From Tubiluchus corallicola (Eukaryota; Animalia; Priapulida), in NCBI GenBank assembly GCA_030141605.1, contig JAQGDQ010000001.1:1240001-1304000 (forward strand): 64,000 bases of DNA, read 5' to 3'. Position numbers and translations under genes: made by a program. Below, one piece after another: positions 34,649 through 64,000 of this stretch; positions within the stretch are counted from its first letter, which is position 1, and each line of letters opens with the position of its first letter. The notes beneath the pieces are model-generated. The model saw only the letters and a list, made by a program, of their open reading frames with translations. It did no database searches and had not been told where the DNA came from.

Positions 34649-35111
34649 CTAAAAGTGAAAAAAGGAAAATCAATGGTAAGTTAAAAATTAGACAGGCATG
34701 AAGCTTCCGATCACTTCATTATATCTGTCCCTAGGAAGACTAAAAAATAACGAATGTGAAAGTGAATTTCTTGTACTAGAATAGCTGAATAAATAGGTAA
34801 CTAAAACTATTCACATATTTTTACATCTAAGCAAAGGTTTACCTGTAACATTTAATTAGACAAAATAACTAACTGTTATCTTACATAGCTTGCTTTACGT
34901 ATGCTCCTTTCATGTTTATCAATCGGATGATGGTCCTGACACCAATTTCAGGTGTAAAATATGAAGTAATCATGCAGAGTATTAACTCGTAATAATAATT
35001 CAGTGTTATTTCACTTCTTAAATAAATAGCTATATGGCACAGAAGATTATTATCTGCTATTAATAGTAGAATTACCCAGTAGTCATCAAGAAATGGATAT
35101 ATGGCTTCCAT

Positions 35112-52397
<17,286 letters not shown>

Positions 52398-53044
52398 CTT
52401 GATTTGACAGAATTGCAGTTCTGTAACTGTAACAAATGCCCTTTAACTAAGATAATCAGTACATCAGTACTTTAAACCACATGTACCTAGAAATGAAAAA
52501 TAAAATATTAGACACTATCAAATTTTTACAAGGCTGATCAAAAATTTCTGAAGCATATTCATTCACGTACATAGTACAAATTTTATTACCCTAAACATGA
52601 ACAGTATTAATATTAAATTCAGTTCAATTCACTGACATACTTCACATATATAATATACGCTATGGCAACAAACTTGAATTTGAATTCTGTCTAGAACTTT
52701 CTGAGACTAAAGGAAAAAACCAAGCCTCAAACAACAGTCACTGTGTTTTAATGTGTACTGAAAAATATTGAAATTACCACATAACATACACAAGTAAAAA
52801 GCCTCCCTTAAAAATGTAACAGAAATTTAAATCATTCATATTTTCCAATAAACGACCTCTCTACAAGAATATTTGAAAAAAATTGTGTGAGCTGGTAGAC
52901 AGCATGAATGAAAGGTAACAAAGCTTTTGCAGTTCACTCAGAAAAATTGTCGTCAGATCATTTTGTAAACTTTAAAGCCCTCACATAGCTTTAATCCACA
53001 GAATTATATACCTCAAAATGTGTAAGTACTACACAATATAATTA

Positions 53045-53220
53045 CAGAAAAGCATGGAATTCTGCAAGGCCGCGAGCATGCAGAAGGTGCTGGGCGGTTT
53101 ACTTAGCTTATAAAGTTCAACTTTAGCTGTCTAAACTAATTTTACTGTTATTTTGTTGATGTTAACTATCCAAGTTGGAGATTATTATATTATTACCACC
53201 GGTAAATGGTTTTCATTACA
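53045..53220 (-). repeat. Dispersed repeat, copy 2
   Basis: Inverted homolog of 22151-22330. Confidence 0.8.
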
Positions 53221-53699
53221 TAGCAGGTAACGGGATTCCAAACAAATGGTATTATTAAGCTCTCCTTTAATGTTTTGGATTGTTTGAAGTTGATAATAGT
53301 AACTGCAGCTGCAAAAAAGTTTGTTCAAGCATCTGGCGGAATGACTGTTTGTGAAGATGTTTATATTGCAAGCCATTTTTCGTTCAAAATGAGATAGATA
53401 GATAATTTTATTTATCTCTTGTAATACATGCAAAAATCAAGTACACGGCAAAATAAATTATTAGTATTAGAGAAAGGGTGGCGAAAAAATCCTAGAGTAG
53501 AGGTTAGTAAATCAGTCACGCGAGCCAAATCAGCCAAATGAGCACCCAAGCTTGTAGCGATCATGACTTTAAATTGATTTTACTAATTATACGAAGCACT
53601 TATCACAATTTTATTGTTAAAACTTCCTAACATTTTTCTCAAATATAAAAATAAGCTCAACTGCCCGAGAGACATGCCTCTTGCTTTAACTACAAACTA

Positions 53700-54700
53700 C
53701 CCTGGTATATTTTCTGTTAAGACTCAACTTATCTAGCTGTAATTTCAAATTCAGTTGATTTCTCCAACGACAATACAAATCTGAAAAGACAGCAAACGAC
53801 AATAATACAAATATACATGTACAACATCTTGTATAATTGAAAACAGCAAGAAAAAATAAAATAAACTCTGATTCCATAGAAATACTATATTAAGGTGTTG
53901 AAGTTTGCTGTATGGTAGCTAAAAAGGGGACCTTGTTAAGCCACCATGAAATGTGAAATAAGGAATGAAGAAGGTAGATGATGAGAAGAGCTATGTTGCA
54001 GTTAGTAGAAACAAAACAGAAGGAAAGAAGTCAAAAGAAAACATAAAATAAGAAAACAATGACCTTAGCTGCAACTGATTTTTGAAAAGAAACTGTCGGT
54101 GGATGCTAACAGACTGGTACGAATTGCCAACTAAGTGACAAAACATATGACGTTTCAAAGATTTTTTAAAAATATTTATAGATTTGCCGCTTTTGGAGGA
54201 ATATTGTTCCATTGTAAGGGGGCTGTAAATTTAAGAAAATGTCTACCAAGATTTGTTCTACAATAGCGTAAAAGATATTCATTAAAACGTGTGCTATATT
54301 GTGTTTGGTTACATAATACTGGATTAATGAAAGTAGTTGGAAACAAACCGAAATGTGTTTTGTACATATCCGTAAAGAGGTTAAATAAAATTAAATTTTC
54401 CATAATTAAAATATTATTGTTTCGAAATAATGATTTAGGTACTGATGTATATTTTGAGAGACCATTCATAATACAGATAAATTTTCGTTGATGTCTATTT
54501 AAAGACAACCGGGTTCGTAGGATAAGTTCTGCCCCATAACACATAACAGTAAGTTAAGAAAGACAAAATTAATGTATTATATAAAGATAATAAATGAAAT
54601 TTGCATAGTTTGTTTTTGATAAATGAAATTATACCAATGCTTTTTGCAATTTTTTGACTTATCATGTTTATATGAGGCTTCCAGGTATTGTTCTTACTAT
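53700..54700 (-). mobile_element. CR1/L2-group LINE 3' fragment
   Basis: Degenerate peptides ISFIKNKL, and CRTNLGRHFLKFTAPLQWNNIP...IFKKSLK. Confidence 0.75.
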
Positions 54701-55879
54701 TATGCTCTGATGGTTAAAAAAACGGGAACTTAGTTAGTCTCGAGCTACCGAAAACAAAACTTAATTTCATTACTTCAACAAAATTGATTAAGCTTAAAAC
54801 AGAAAACGTGCAAACCTACATTCGACAAGACTCACAAGAAGTCCCTCACCAATCTAAACCGGCATAACGAATTCTACTGAAATTGAAAAAGTACAATTGT
54901 GATTCAATTCAGCTTTTTTATTTATATAAGCTCTTATGTCGCGTTCAGACGTCTCTATTTGTAGTGCAACTTCTCGTAGACAGAAGTTGCACAACAAGTT
55001 GCAAGAGATTTTTCTACGTCAGAATAGATTAATCCGATTACTCTGATTATATCTTACATCAGCCTACTCAGTAGAAGTGAGCATATCGAACGTTCGTGTC
55101 GATTTCGAATATTCAAATCAATGTTAACCAATTTTTTTGTTTGAATTCGCTTCTAACCTAAAATTACAGATTCGAATAATTCAGTACTTCAACTACATAC
55201 ATTTGAAACAGGCAATCAACAGTTTATCCGCGATTTCACTCCACAATTTTTACAAGAATTATTAGTGTCTTTACTGCAGAGTAAAATCAAGTATAATGCA
55301 TAATCTTTGTGAAACCACTTTTTATTATTGATCCGAAAAATTATTCAAAAATCACTAAAACTGAATAATGAGTGCGAAAGTCACAAATTTTATTCGATTC
55401 GATCTGGTAAAGAATGTTCATTCCTACTATTCAGGGTTTACTGGCTACAGTGTCTACTGCCTCCTTCCTATGCAGTTGCAAAAGGTTTGTTCTGTGAATT
55501 TGCATTAGCCAATCACAACAATCAGCAGTGTTGTTATATAAGAAAACATTGTGGAAAAGACATCTCAGTTGTGAATAGGACATCACATAATTTATATACA
55601 TAGTCCCAGTTATTTGCTTTGCTGAGGATTGAGGAAGGCTGCAATGATTTAGACGACCAGAGTAGGGGTAGGAAGAAACCCGAGTTAAACATTGAAAACT
55701 TAGACTTTCCATCTTACGAGGTATTGACATTTACTAAAAAAATTCAAAAAAAGTTTAATATTATACAAGGGCTTCTTCTCTTTCCCTGGGCCCCTGCTCC
55801 CTCCCATATATAGTAATCCTTTTGCAACTCATTTAACCGACTAAGGCTAATGTGTACAACATGCAATAAACAGCATTAA

Positions 55880-56686
55880 GCCGTGTTTCCACTGCATCCG
55901 CACAGACACAGACTTTTCTCTCCGCACATTTTACGTCCTCAAAAGTTATTTCCACTGGGACCACACTCATTCCGTAAAATACGTCATAAATGAGCCAAAA
56001 GTTTAACGCGAAATTCTAAACATGAGACTTTCTAGAAGAAAGAAGATTTTTATTTTGCTGTGGTGGTTAAAGAAAAAGGCAAGTAGGCGATACAGGAAGC
56101 AACAACATCGTTTTTGGGTACACCCAGTATTTCACCAGAACAGCGCCTTGTTGTTATGCTAAGGTAAACAGAGCCAACAACTAATTAGCTGTATCTTAGC
56201 AGAACTTTTTATTCAAATTTTTACATCAGCTAATACAGGTGCAAGCGCCTTTTGCGTGTGAAACAGTGAAAGCCATAAGATTATTGCATAATTTTATTCT
56301 TCATGAAGAACCTGGTCAGAATGCAACGAGCCTAACCAAGCTGTCCTGCAACCAATACAGGATGTAGCGCAAACGTGTGTACGTCCAGTAAATTCAGCAA
56401 AGAGTACTAGACAAGCCTTCTTGGATTACTTTATTTCTCCTGCTGTTTCAATGCCCTGGCAGTAGCGAAGTATTGGTCGAGTGTAACCTAACCATTTTTC
56501 AATTGGTGGCGAAAACAAATGGTAACAGTTTCAAGGAAATCTTGTGCGAAGTCTTAAAATTATCTACTGTAGCTTCTCTCCTTCTTATTACTAATACTTG
56601 TCACTGTATCAATATTTTTCCGTGTGAGTCATACAGAAAAAGTCTCTGTCTGTGCATGTCAGTGCAGGCACAGTGGAAACGCGGTC
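55880..56686 (+). mobile_element. Internally deleted PIF/Harbinger transposon
   Basis: TIRs GCCGTGTTTCCACTG / CAGTGGAAACGCGGTC, each in TTAA context, plus a subterminal inverted block (GCACAGACACAGACTTTTCT). Retains a transposase N-terminal remnant RFWVHPVF (~56109) and C-terminal remnant STRQAFLDYFISPAVSMPWQ* (56403-56465). Confidence 0.85.
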
Positions 56687-57319
56687 TTAACCAAACAAAA
56701 AATTACAACCATAAGTTTATAAGATCGAATGAAAAAACATTGAACAAGTAACAGGTACAGTAGGTACAGTGTTAAATGTTATTGGTACCCAAATGTCTTT
56801 TGCTCAAGTTCCCCATACACAAATATCCTAACAGTGTCAAAACTCCTTATGTTCAGATGCACAAAGACCTCAAGCAAATGCCCCATGCCAAAAAGCTGCA
56901 TGTGCCAAAATGTCACGAACTCGGTCGAATGGTGTTACACGTGCCAATTAAATAAGCAGTTTGCCACAATCATGGAAAAATGCGCCAAACTGCAATGAAA
57001 AATTTTTCATGGCAGCCATCGCCCTCCCATTATTATTTATTTAGCATTTGTATAATAACTGAAAAATGGCTGACCACAGCGACCTAAGGTAGAAGTACAT
57101 AATTATATCACATGTGAAGATAACACTTTAATTAAGTAGATCAGAATCAATTTTCATAAGTTGTCCACAATTTTAATATCAATACTAAAAATTAAAGTAA
57201 GTGATTGATTCTAAATAAAAAAGAGCAATTTTGAAAACTCTCGGTTAATTGTTTTTTCGTCAGTAGGGATAATTTCAAAAAAAGTGTTGAAAGCGTATCT
57301 TTTATGCAGACTATATAAA

Positions 57320-57530
57320 TGATGCACCGAGGCTTACGATTTCTTGAGTATTGACTAAAGCGGACGTACTTGTTGAATGACTGCACGTACTACGATGTGG
57401 TATGTGGTGTAGGGCGCCGAGTAATCCACTAGCCGAAGTAAGATACTTCCGGTAAAACACGTGCTAAATTTGCGGAAACGCGGTGTCGTGCATGGGCAGC
57501 CCAAATAGGACACTGGCGATTTTTGTCGGC
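57320..57530 (-). promoter_or_regulatory. Candidate KPNB1 promoter / non-coding first exon
   Basis: Local CpG enrichment. ETS motif ACTTCCGGT (~57445-57453) and E-box CACGTG (~57458-57463). Minus-strand donor candidates gtaagc (57337) and gtacgt (57369). The ATG exon has an upstream acceptor (52487), so a non-coding first exon must exist. Confidence 0.45.
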
Positions 57531-58528
57531 AATCGAGAATTATAATGACCATAATAAAACAAAACTAAATTTGTTTTACAGAAAAAGTAACTTTATAATA
57601 ATGATGGATGACAATTTACGAACTTAATGTATTTTTTACACCAGTATCAACAGTATTATCAGCTCCATTAAAATCATCATAACGTTAAACTAAGTATCTA
57701 GTGCTTTTAAGGGAGAAATTATGCACACAGTTATTACAGAAATAACTGCAAGTTTAAAAATAAGACAGATGCTGCTAAGCCTTCACAACACGAAAAAGTA
57801 ATTTTTAACATTTTAGAATTTTAGATGAATTTAACTATGTTACTAACTGTAAAATATTCCAATGTATACATGACTTTATATTATGTAGGCCTACTAAACG
57901 CTTCCAGTAGTTTCTATCTGATATAAAATGCATCATTCTTAAATAATCGTACATTAATATTTACTAACCGTCATTTTTTACTAATGTTTAATGTATCACT
58001 GTAGTAAAACTTTAGTATACTAAAGTATACTAAAAACTAAGTATAGTCTATTCTTACTGTAAATGTTCTTGTAAATAGTGTATAAAGTCTGTTGTGGTGA
58101 AGATCTTAAATCATGTTGTACAAACTGTTCTGATCTAATCCTAAATAAATTACGTTTAAACTAACATTTTAGGAAAAGTAAAGACAATTAGTTTTAATAA
58201 TATCAATAGTACTGCAATATGTTAGACACTGTTTTATATGGCTCATTAGCTCGTGTAGGGCACATAGGTCGCTAGAACGTTTACTTAGGAGAAAACAATT
58301 ATTTATCAAAGAGGTTTATCAGATGTATAATAAATTATTCAACGTGTATTGACGTTTTTAATTATTATTATTACATAAACAAGGACGGTGCCAGTACGCT
58401 TAACAACTCAATTCTCGTCATGTCTCTAGTGTCCTACTTGGGCAGCCCATGTACGGCACGTCCTACTCGGGCTAGCCCATGTACGCCAATTGTCCTACTT
58501 CGGCTAGTGGGTTACGCGGCGCCCAACA
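57408..58528. mobile_element. Non-autonomous TIR DNA transposon, Ginger-like (TGT...ACA termini, 5-bp TSD)
   Basis: Left end TGTAGGGCGCCGAGTAATCCACTAGCCGAAGTA is the inverted match of right end TACTTCGGCTAGTGGGTTACGCGGCGCCCAACA. A second block (CATGGGCAGCCCAAATAGGACACT) is also inverted, giving TIRs of ~130 bp. TGTGG is duplicated at 57403-57407 and 58529-58533. AT-rich non-coding interior. Confidence 0.8.
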
Positions 58529-59269
58529 TGTGGTTCTGAACTTCTCAAGGTTCAAGCCTGAACTCTTAATCTAATGTAATAGTGATTATTGCAACATATT
58601 GAGTACGTATATTTCTTAAAAACAGTATCCCTTTAAGCTTTAGTTAGAGTCTGTTACAGTATAATTTCAAATTGTTGAATCATTAATAATTTTAGATTTT
58701 ATTATATATAATGCCAATGTGAACACGTACGTATATACATATTATTAATAATATTAAATTTTTTTTATTATTAAAAAAATTATATTATAATAAGTAAAAG
58801 TACAAAATTTATAAATCATCAACGTAGAAATGGCATGAACGAACAGAAAAAAACAGTTTAAAGAAAGAAAAAACTGACGATGAAAACAAAAAAATGAGCA
58901 AATGTATGGAAGTTGTTGATGAGAAAAATATTTGCATACTTTTCAAAATTTAGATGCTATCAAAGTGGGATTGGCATGCGAAAGCCAAGAATTACTGAAT
59001 CTCAAGATTAAAAGAAAAAAACAAACATGCAAGGCCAGTAACGATTATGTCTGTACACACTCTCACATTTTTAATCTAGTACATATTCACTTGCTCACAC
59101 ACTCGCATATAATGCAATCAATTCATTCATGCACACATATTGTCTACATACGCATACATATGATTAACACACACAAAACTACATATACAAACACTCATAC
59201 ACCCACGCACAATGTTATCAGTCATTTTGTCATGCACGCAATCATATTTATTATTTTAATTGTGTGAGT

Positions 59270-59475
59270 ATGTACTAAAGTTATATTTCTTCAATTTTTT
59301 TTGAAAGATGTGACTCTAGTTAGCAAGTTTTAAGCTGCTGGGTAGCAAATTCCAAGTTCTAGGTCCAGTATTAGAAATGAATTGTTTTCCAACATCGGTT
59401 CTTAACTGATTAATACTATTTTGATTAAATTGAGTATTATATACTTTATTGTTTATGTTAACAGGATTGTCGAAA
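59270..59475 (-). mobile_element. CR1/L2-group LINE 3' fragment
   Basis: RTDVGKQFISNTGPRTWNLLPSSLK...IFQKKLK on the minus strand, the typical ORF2 C-terminal GP..WN.LP motif. Confidence 0.7.
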
Positions 59476-60054
59476 AACGTGGGAAAAAATTATATTTGGG
59501 CCCTTATACTATAAATTATACTGTGGCAAGATTGGGCCCTTTCATTTCCCATATCAACTGGCTTTAAAGCACAAAAAAATATTTCATAAATAAAGCTTAA
59601 AAATTCTGCTTAAAATTTTGCATTGCTTACATGGTGTCATTTCATGCAAGCCTTGCAGTTGAAGTAACGCTATATAAAACTTGTAAATTTAAACTCCAGA
59701 GACGACTGATATGCACAGCTAAACTTTAAACGGAAGTCGTTTGAAACAAACTTAAATAACGTTGCTGCATAAAGTTTAAAAAATATTCAGAGCATTCGTA
59801 GCATACTTCACTAACAGAACAAAAGTTTAGGTTAGTTGATATGGTCAATTAGATCAATAATAATGTTTTTTTGCTGAGTCAGTGGTTCACTCTGGGGTAG
59901 TGAGTCAGTGATATTTTACCAGTTGCGCATACATTTAAATTATCAAGAATTTTTTTTCTAATTCAATAAATCCTTCAAACATTGTACATGGAAAATTTCG
60001 GATATATTTTAAAATTTCCTTTTCTTTCCTTTTAACTTTAAGATCAAGAATGTA

Positions 60055-60552
60055 CAGTCAACCTCGGATATAAGGGACACTTCGGGACGGGACAAAATCG
60101 TCCCTTATATCCGATATCCCTTATAGCAGAAGTTGAGTTAGACCGAAGGTGTATCTAGACCTGCACTTTTCTGTACTTTTACCCATCTTTTTATAGATTA
60201 TTGCCACACATTCAATGCAAACGGCATTTAGGAAGCTCCTTCAGTGATGCAAGATGTATATGACCGCGGAAACCGAGCTATTCGAAAGCCGAGTTTGCAA
60301 AAAATTGAGGTTAAAAATCGATCAATTTCTGTTTGATCATAGGGTTCCTTATGTGCGAGGTAATTTACCTCGGTTTCTGTTATGTGGGACCTGAAGATAT
60401 CGTCCCTTATAACCAAAAGTCCCTTATATCCGAGTACCTTATATACGAATATTTTTACACAGGAAAAACATTACGAAAAATTTGGACTGGTGTTGGTGGT
60501 CCCTTATAAGCGAGTGTCCCATAAGCGAGTACCTTATGCCCAAGGTTGACTG
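60055..60552. mobile_element. Tc1/mariner-pogo(Tigger)-type MITE
   Basis: TA|CAGTCAACCTCGGATATAAGG ... CCTTATGCCCAAGGTTGACTG|TA, with TA TSD and repeated subterminal CCCTTATA motifs. Confidence 0.88.
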
Positions 60553-62348
60553 TATTGTAACTGACGTTGTCATCTAATAGCTCAGCTGCTGTGGAGCAAG
60601 GATAGTGATGATGCAAGAAATGGCTACACTTATTTCTTACCATTTCCTGCATCATCACTTTATCTTTGCCGCACAGCAACCTCAGTTATTTATTAGTTGA
60701 GGAAACTAGTTACACAATCTATTTTTCTTCTTAAAGTTAAAGGGGAAGAAAAGGAAATTTAAAGTATATCCCATGATACATCCCATATATATTTAGCAAA
60801 AATTCCTTGAAGTATCACCAATTGTGTATAAAAATTTTTTTATAGAGAAAAGAACATTTTTGCAAATAGTGCTTTGAAAATTTTTAAAAAAATTAAGTGA
60901 CTATATTCACTGTGCCAAGATGCCAACTGATGAATTTTGCAAGCCTCACACCACCAACGTTTGTAAACCCATAATTAGACTAGCAGAAGTTAACGTATGA
61001 CAATGAGATCTAATGATAATGAAATTTATTTTTGTGTAAGATAAACGAGGCGGTGGGACGAAGCTTAAATTTCTGAAAGCTAATTGAATCCGAAACTGAT
61101 TTTTCATTCACTTCTGAAACCAAACCTCACATTTGTGCAGTTACCAAAACTAAACCGAATTCAAAGCTTTAGTTCTCCCTTAATGCGTAGATCGCAGAGG
61201 GCACTAAGCCACACCTCCCTGAGATTTTGTCTCACATGCACTTGTTGGCTGATAGCCGTTACCGTACAGAATAACTATAAACACACAGGACTAAAAAGTG
61301 GACGTTTTGTAACGATTTGTTGTTTATTCCAGAAAATATATCAGTGTTATGCGTACCTGGCTACAAGAAATAATAGTAGTTAATAATTTCGATCAAGTAT
61401 ATGTGCATGATATCAAGATTTTATGTAAAAGATTAAACATTGTCACCTGATGATCAGAATACTGGTCTTCATTAAAGTCTACCGCTGCACAAACTTGTTG
61501 TAAAAATAAACTTAATTACTTTTAGATATTTTTAGTTGCATTTGCAATGAAATTGTTTTCCATTACCTTCATCTTAGGATCAGTATGGTGTTTTTGCAAT
61601 GACTGTTTTGTTGAAATGTGTATTAAATGGTCTTGTGTATGGTCTTGCAAATCACAGTGATGTTTCTTAGTTGAAATTTAGTTTTTGCCCTGTGTTTATT
61701 GTTCGGCTTGCTTTGATATTTATTTATTGCCATCTAGAAAACCATGCTGTTACTATGCAAATTGTTGGTGGTACTATGTGATAAGAATTCAGAGAAATTT
61801 TGGCACATTTCTCGTCTGCATTTTAGCACATTTGCGTACATATTGTTAATGGGTTATTATATAAACGAAAGGTTATTCTTGTTCCAGTTTCATACTGCTC
61901 ATGCTACTAATTCCTCAAAATTAATATAAATGTTTATATTGTTTTATTTTGTCTTGCCTTACCCTGCCTTGTCCAACCGTAATACTATTAAACTTTTCAT
62001 CCAAAAGAGAGCTGTAAAACAGTAGAAAGCTTCACTATTATGCTTTAGCATGCTCTGTGGCAATATAATTTTCATTATCTTTCGTTTTGCTTTGAATGGT
62101 TTGTGTAACTAATCTGATATACATGTTGGGTGCCGACTCCTTGTTTATAGCGAATGATAGTTTCGACCTTAGGCTAAAAATTAGTATAATAAGTGTTTAT
62201 AATAGAGAAAAAACAGACTGTGGGAAAATTTTTAAAAACGTGTATCATTTAGCAGATGACCCCGGTTTAAAACCTTTTTTTAAAATTAGTAATAAAAGTG
62301 AATAAGAATAACTTTTTGTTTCGTTGTAGGAAGTTTATTTAATTTACA

Positions 62349-63290
62349 ATGGATGATTGTCACTACACTGTAGATGAGCTAGAAGCACAGTACCAGTGTT
62401 CGCAATGGAACCGAAGGGGACCAAGTGGACAAAAAATACCTTCTGAGGATGTTATGAAGGAATTTTATGAAAATTTAGTTGCAAAGTCTGAACAAGTTAG
62501 AACTGCTTATCCTAGACAGCTTGGGATTGTTTATGGTACGACTGAGCGACAAATATATGATATTTTTGCAGCTCCTGATTGTGGCATAGATGCACCTATT
62601 CTGATTTACATACATGGTGGATATTGGCAAGAAGGACATCCATCTGATTATAGTGGAATAGTTAAGCCGTTTCTAGGAGCTAACACTGTAGTTGCAATTT
62701 TGGGCTATGATTTGTGCCCGCATGTTACAGTGGGTGAGATTGTCGACGAAATTAAAAAAGGTGTCGGTCATATTTTGCGCATGGCATACAGGAATGGCTC
62801 TCGGGGTGTTTATATTGCAGGACATTCTGCTGGGGCACATTTAACTGCTATGTTACTCACTACTGACTGGACAGAAGAATTCAAACCATCATCTCTTATC
62901 AAAGGTGCTATTCTTTTGAGTGGCGTGTATGACCTTCGGCCTCTTGTTTTGACTTCAATAGGCCGTGGAGCAATGCTAACAGAAGCAGATGCCACAGCAC
63001 TGAGTCCTCTAAATAATGAAGAGCTAAAGGAAATGATGCACAAGCAACTGTCTAAATATAATAAGACATTTAGTGCCCTCTTTGCTTTAGGCGAATATGA
63101 ATCAGACGAGTTTCATCGCCAAAGCAAAGAATTTGCACAGTTTTTTAGATCCATTGATGTTCACGTGACTGAATTGATTGTAAAGGGCTGTGATCATATT
63201 AATTTAATAGAAAACATAGCTGTAAAAGAAGATTATGAATTAACTCACGCAATCATGAAGGCAATGCAAATTGAGACAGGCAGCTGTTGA
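62349..63290 (+). CDS. AFMID: Kynurenine formamidase-like alpha/beta hydrolase (arylformamidase), single coding exon
   Basis: 313-aa uninterrupted ORF with LEAQYQCSQW N-terminal motif, HGGYWQ oxyanion motif, GYDLCP, GHSAG nucleophile elbow, SGVYDL, GEYES.EF.RQS and DH catalytic His region. A pyrimidine tract plus AG at 62311-62329 implies a 5'UTR intron. Confidence 0.9.
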   Translation: MDDCHYTVDELEAQYQCSQWNRRGPSGQKIPSEDVMKEFYENLVAKSEQVRTAYPRQLGIVYGTTERQIYDIFAAPDCGIDAPILIYIHGGYWQEGHPSDYSGIVKPFLGANTVVAILGYDLCPHVTVGEIVDEIKKGVGHILRMAYRNGSRGVYIAGHSAGAHLTAMLLTTDWTEEFKPSSLIKGAILLSGVYDLRPLVLTSIGRGAMLTEADATALSPLNNEELKEMMHKQLSKYNKTFSALFALGEYESDEFHRQSKEFAQFFRSIDVHVTELIVKGCDHINLIENIAVKEDYELTHAIMKAMQIETGSC

Positions 63291-64000
63291 TACACGTTTA
63301 TACATTAAATCTAGCCATTTAACTTCAATACGTGTAATGAAGTACTTTGAGTACTATAATTATGTAAGTTACAACATAGAGCATCTCGTTCTGTGTATGT
63401 GTATGCCAAGAATCAAAGGCTAATATAAATTACATTATTTCGAATCATTTTTTGATGATGGAAATTGAACATTATTCTGTTTCACCAAACATTTTCAGAC
63501 AATTAAATTGTACATGCCAGCTGTGCAAGTACAACATCAAAGCCTTAACAAAGTGAAGTATTTGTAACTATAAATTCAAGAATTTTTTCATTTTAAATTT
63601 ATTTTGTACATTTAAAAAGTACATGGCATTATATAAAAAAATTACATTCAGCTATTTTCTGGTGAATCATGCTGGTAAGTAAGGAAAGATTAGTCAAAAT
63701 AAAGTAAATAGGTATATTAATAGAATGAAGCACTACAAGTTCTTGACATAGTGAGTTAATTGTTATAATATTTGTTTTCAATGCTTACTTAAGTGAGCAG
63801 GTATAATTAATTTTGAAAAGAAAAAATTAAGGGTGCTTTATTTTTTATGGTAATGTTTTAAATTTTGATAATTTTTTTAAATGTATGTGATGTTTTTTAA
63901 AGGAAAAGCCAAGTCTCCTGGAAAATTGAGCCTGTTTTAATATGTGAGATCCGTTGGATATATTGTACAGTATTTACATACTTTAAGGTATAGTCCTGTG

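Overview
This is AT-rich eukaryotic DNA from an animal, probably an invertebrate, with spliceosomal GT-AG introns; I found no prokaryotic features. Three protein-coding genes are well supported. (1) A 3-exon secreted C-type lectin with a coiled-coil neck (+, 23471-30527). (2) Importin subunit beta-1/KPNB1 (-, 19 coding exons, 52397-35112, 881 aa by my exon sum), convergent with the lectin. (3) An intronless kynurenine formamidase-like alpha/beta hydrolase (+, 62349-63290), divergent from KPNB1. The first 23 kb has no confidently identifiable gene. The rest is a mix of decayed non-LTR retroelements (RTE, RTE-X-like, CR1/L2-group), SINEs, Helitron-like repeats, MITEs and microsatellites. Several MITEs have readable TIRs and TSDs (hAT, Tc1/pogo, Harbinger, EnSpm-like, Ginger-like). 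Most notable: a Ginger-like TGT...ACA element whose left TIR carries ETS and E-box motifs at the likely KPNB1 promoter; a 5S-like SINE with a triplicated 3' end; a recent 347-bp duplication upstream of the lectin; an in-frame extension after the KPNB1 stop; and the intronless AFMID. I found no clearly novel multi-gene system. All coordinates were read by eye.
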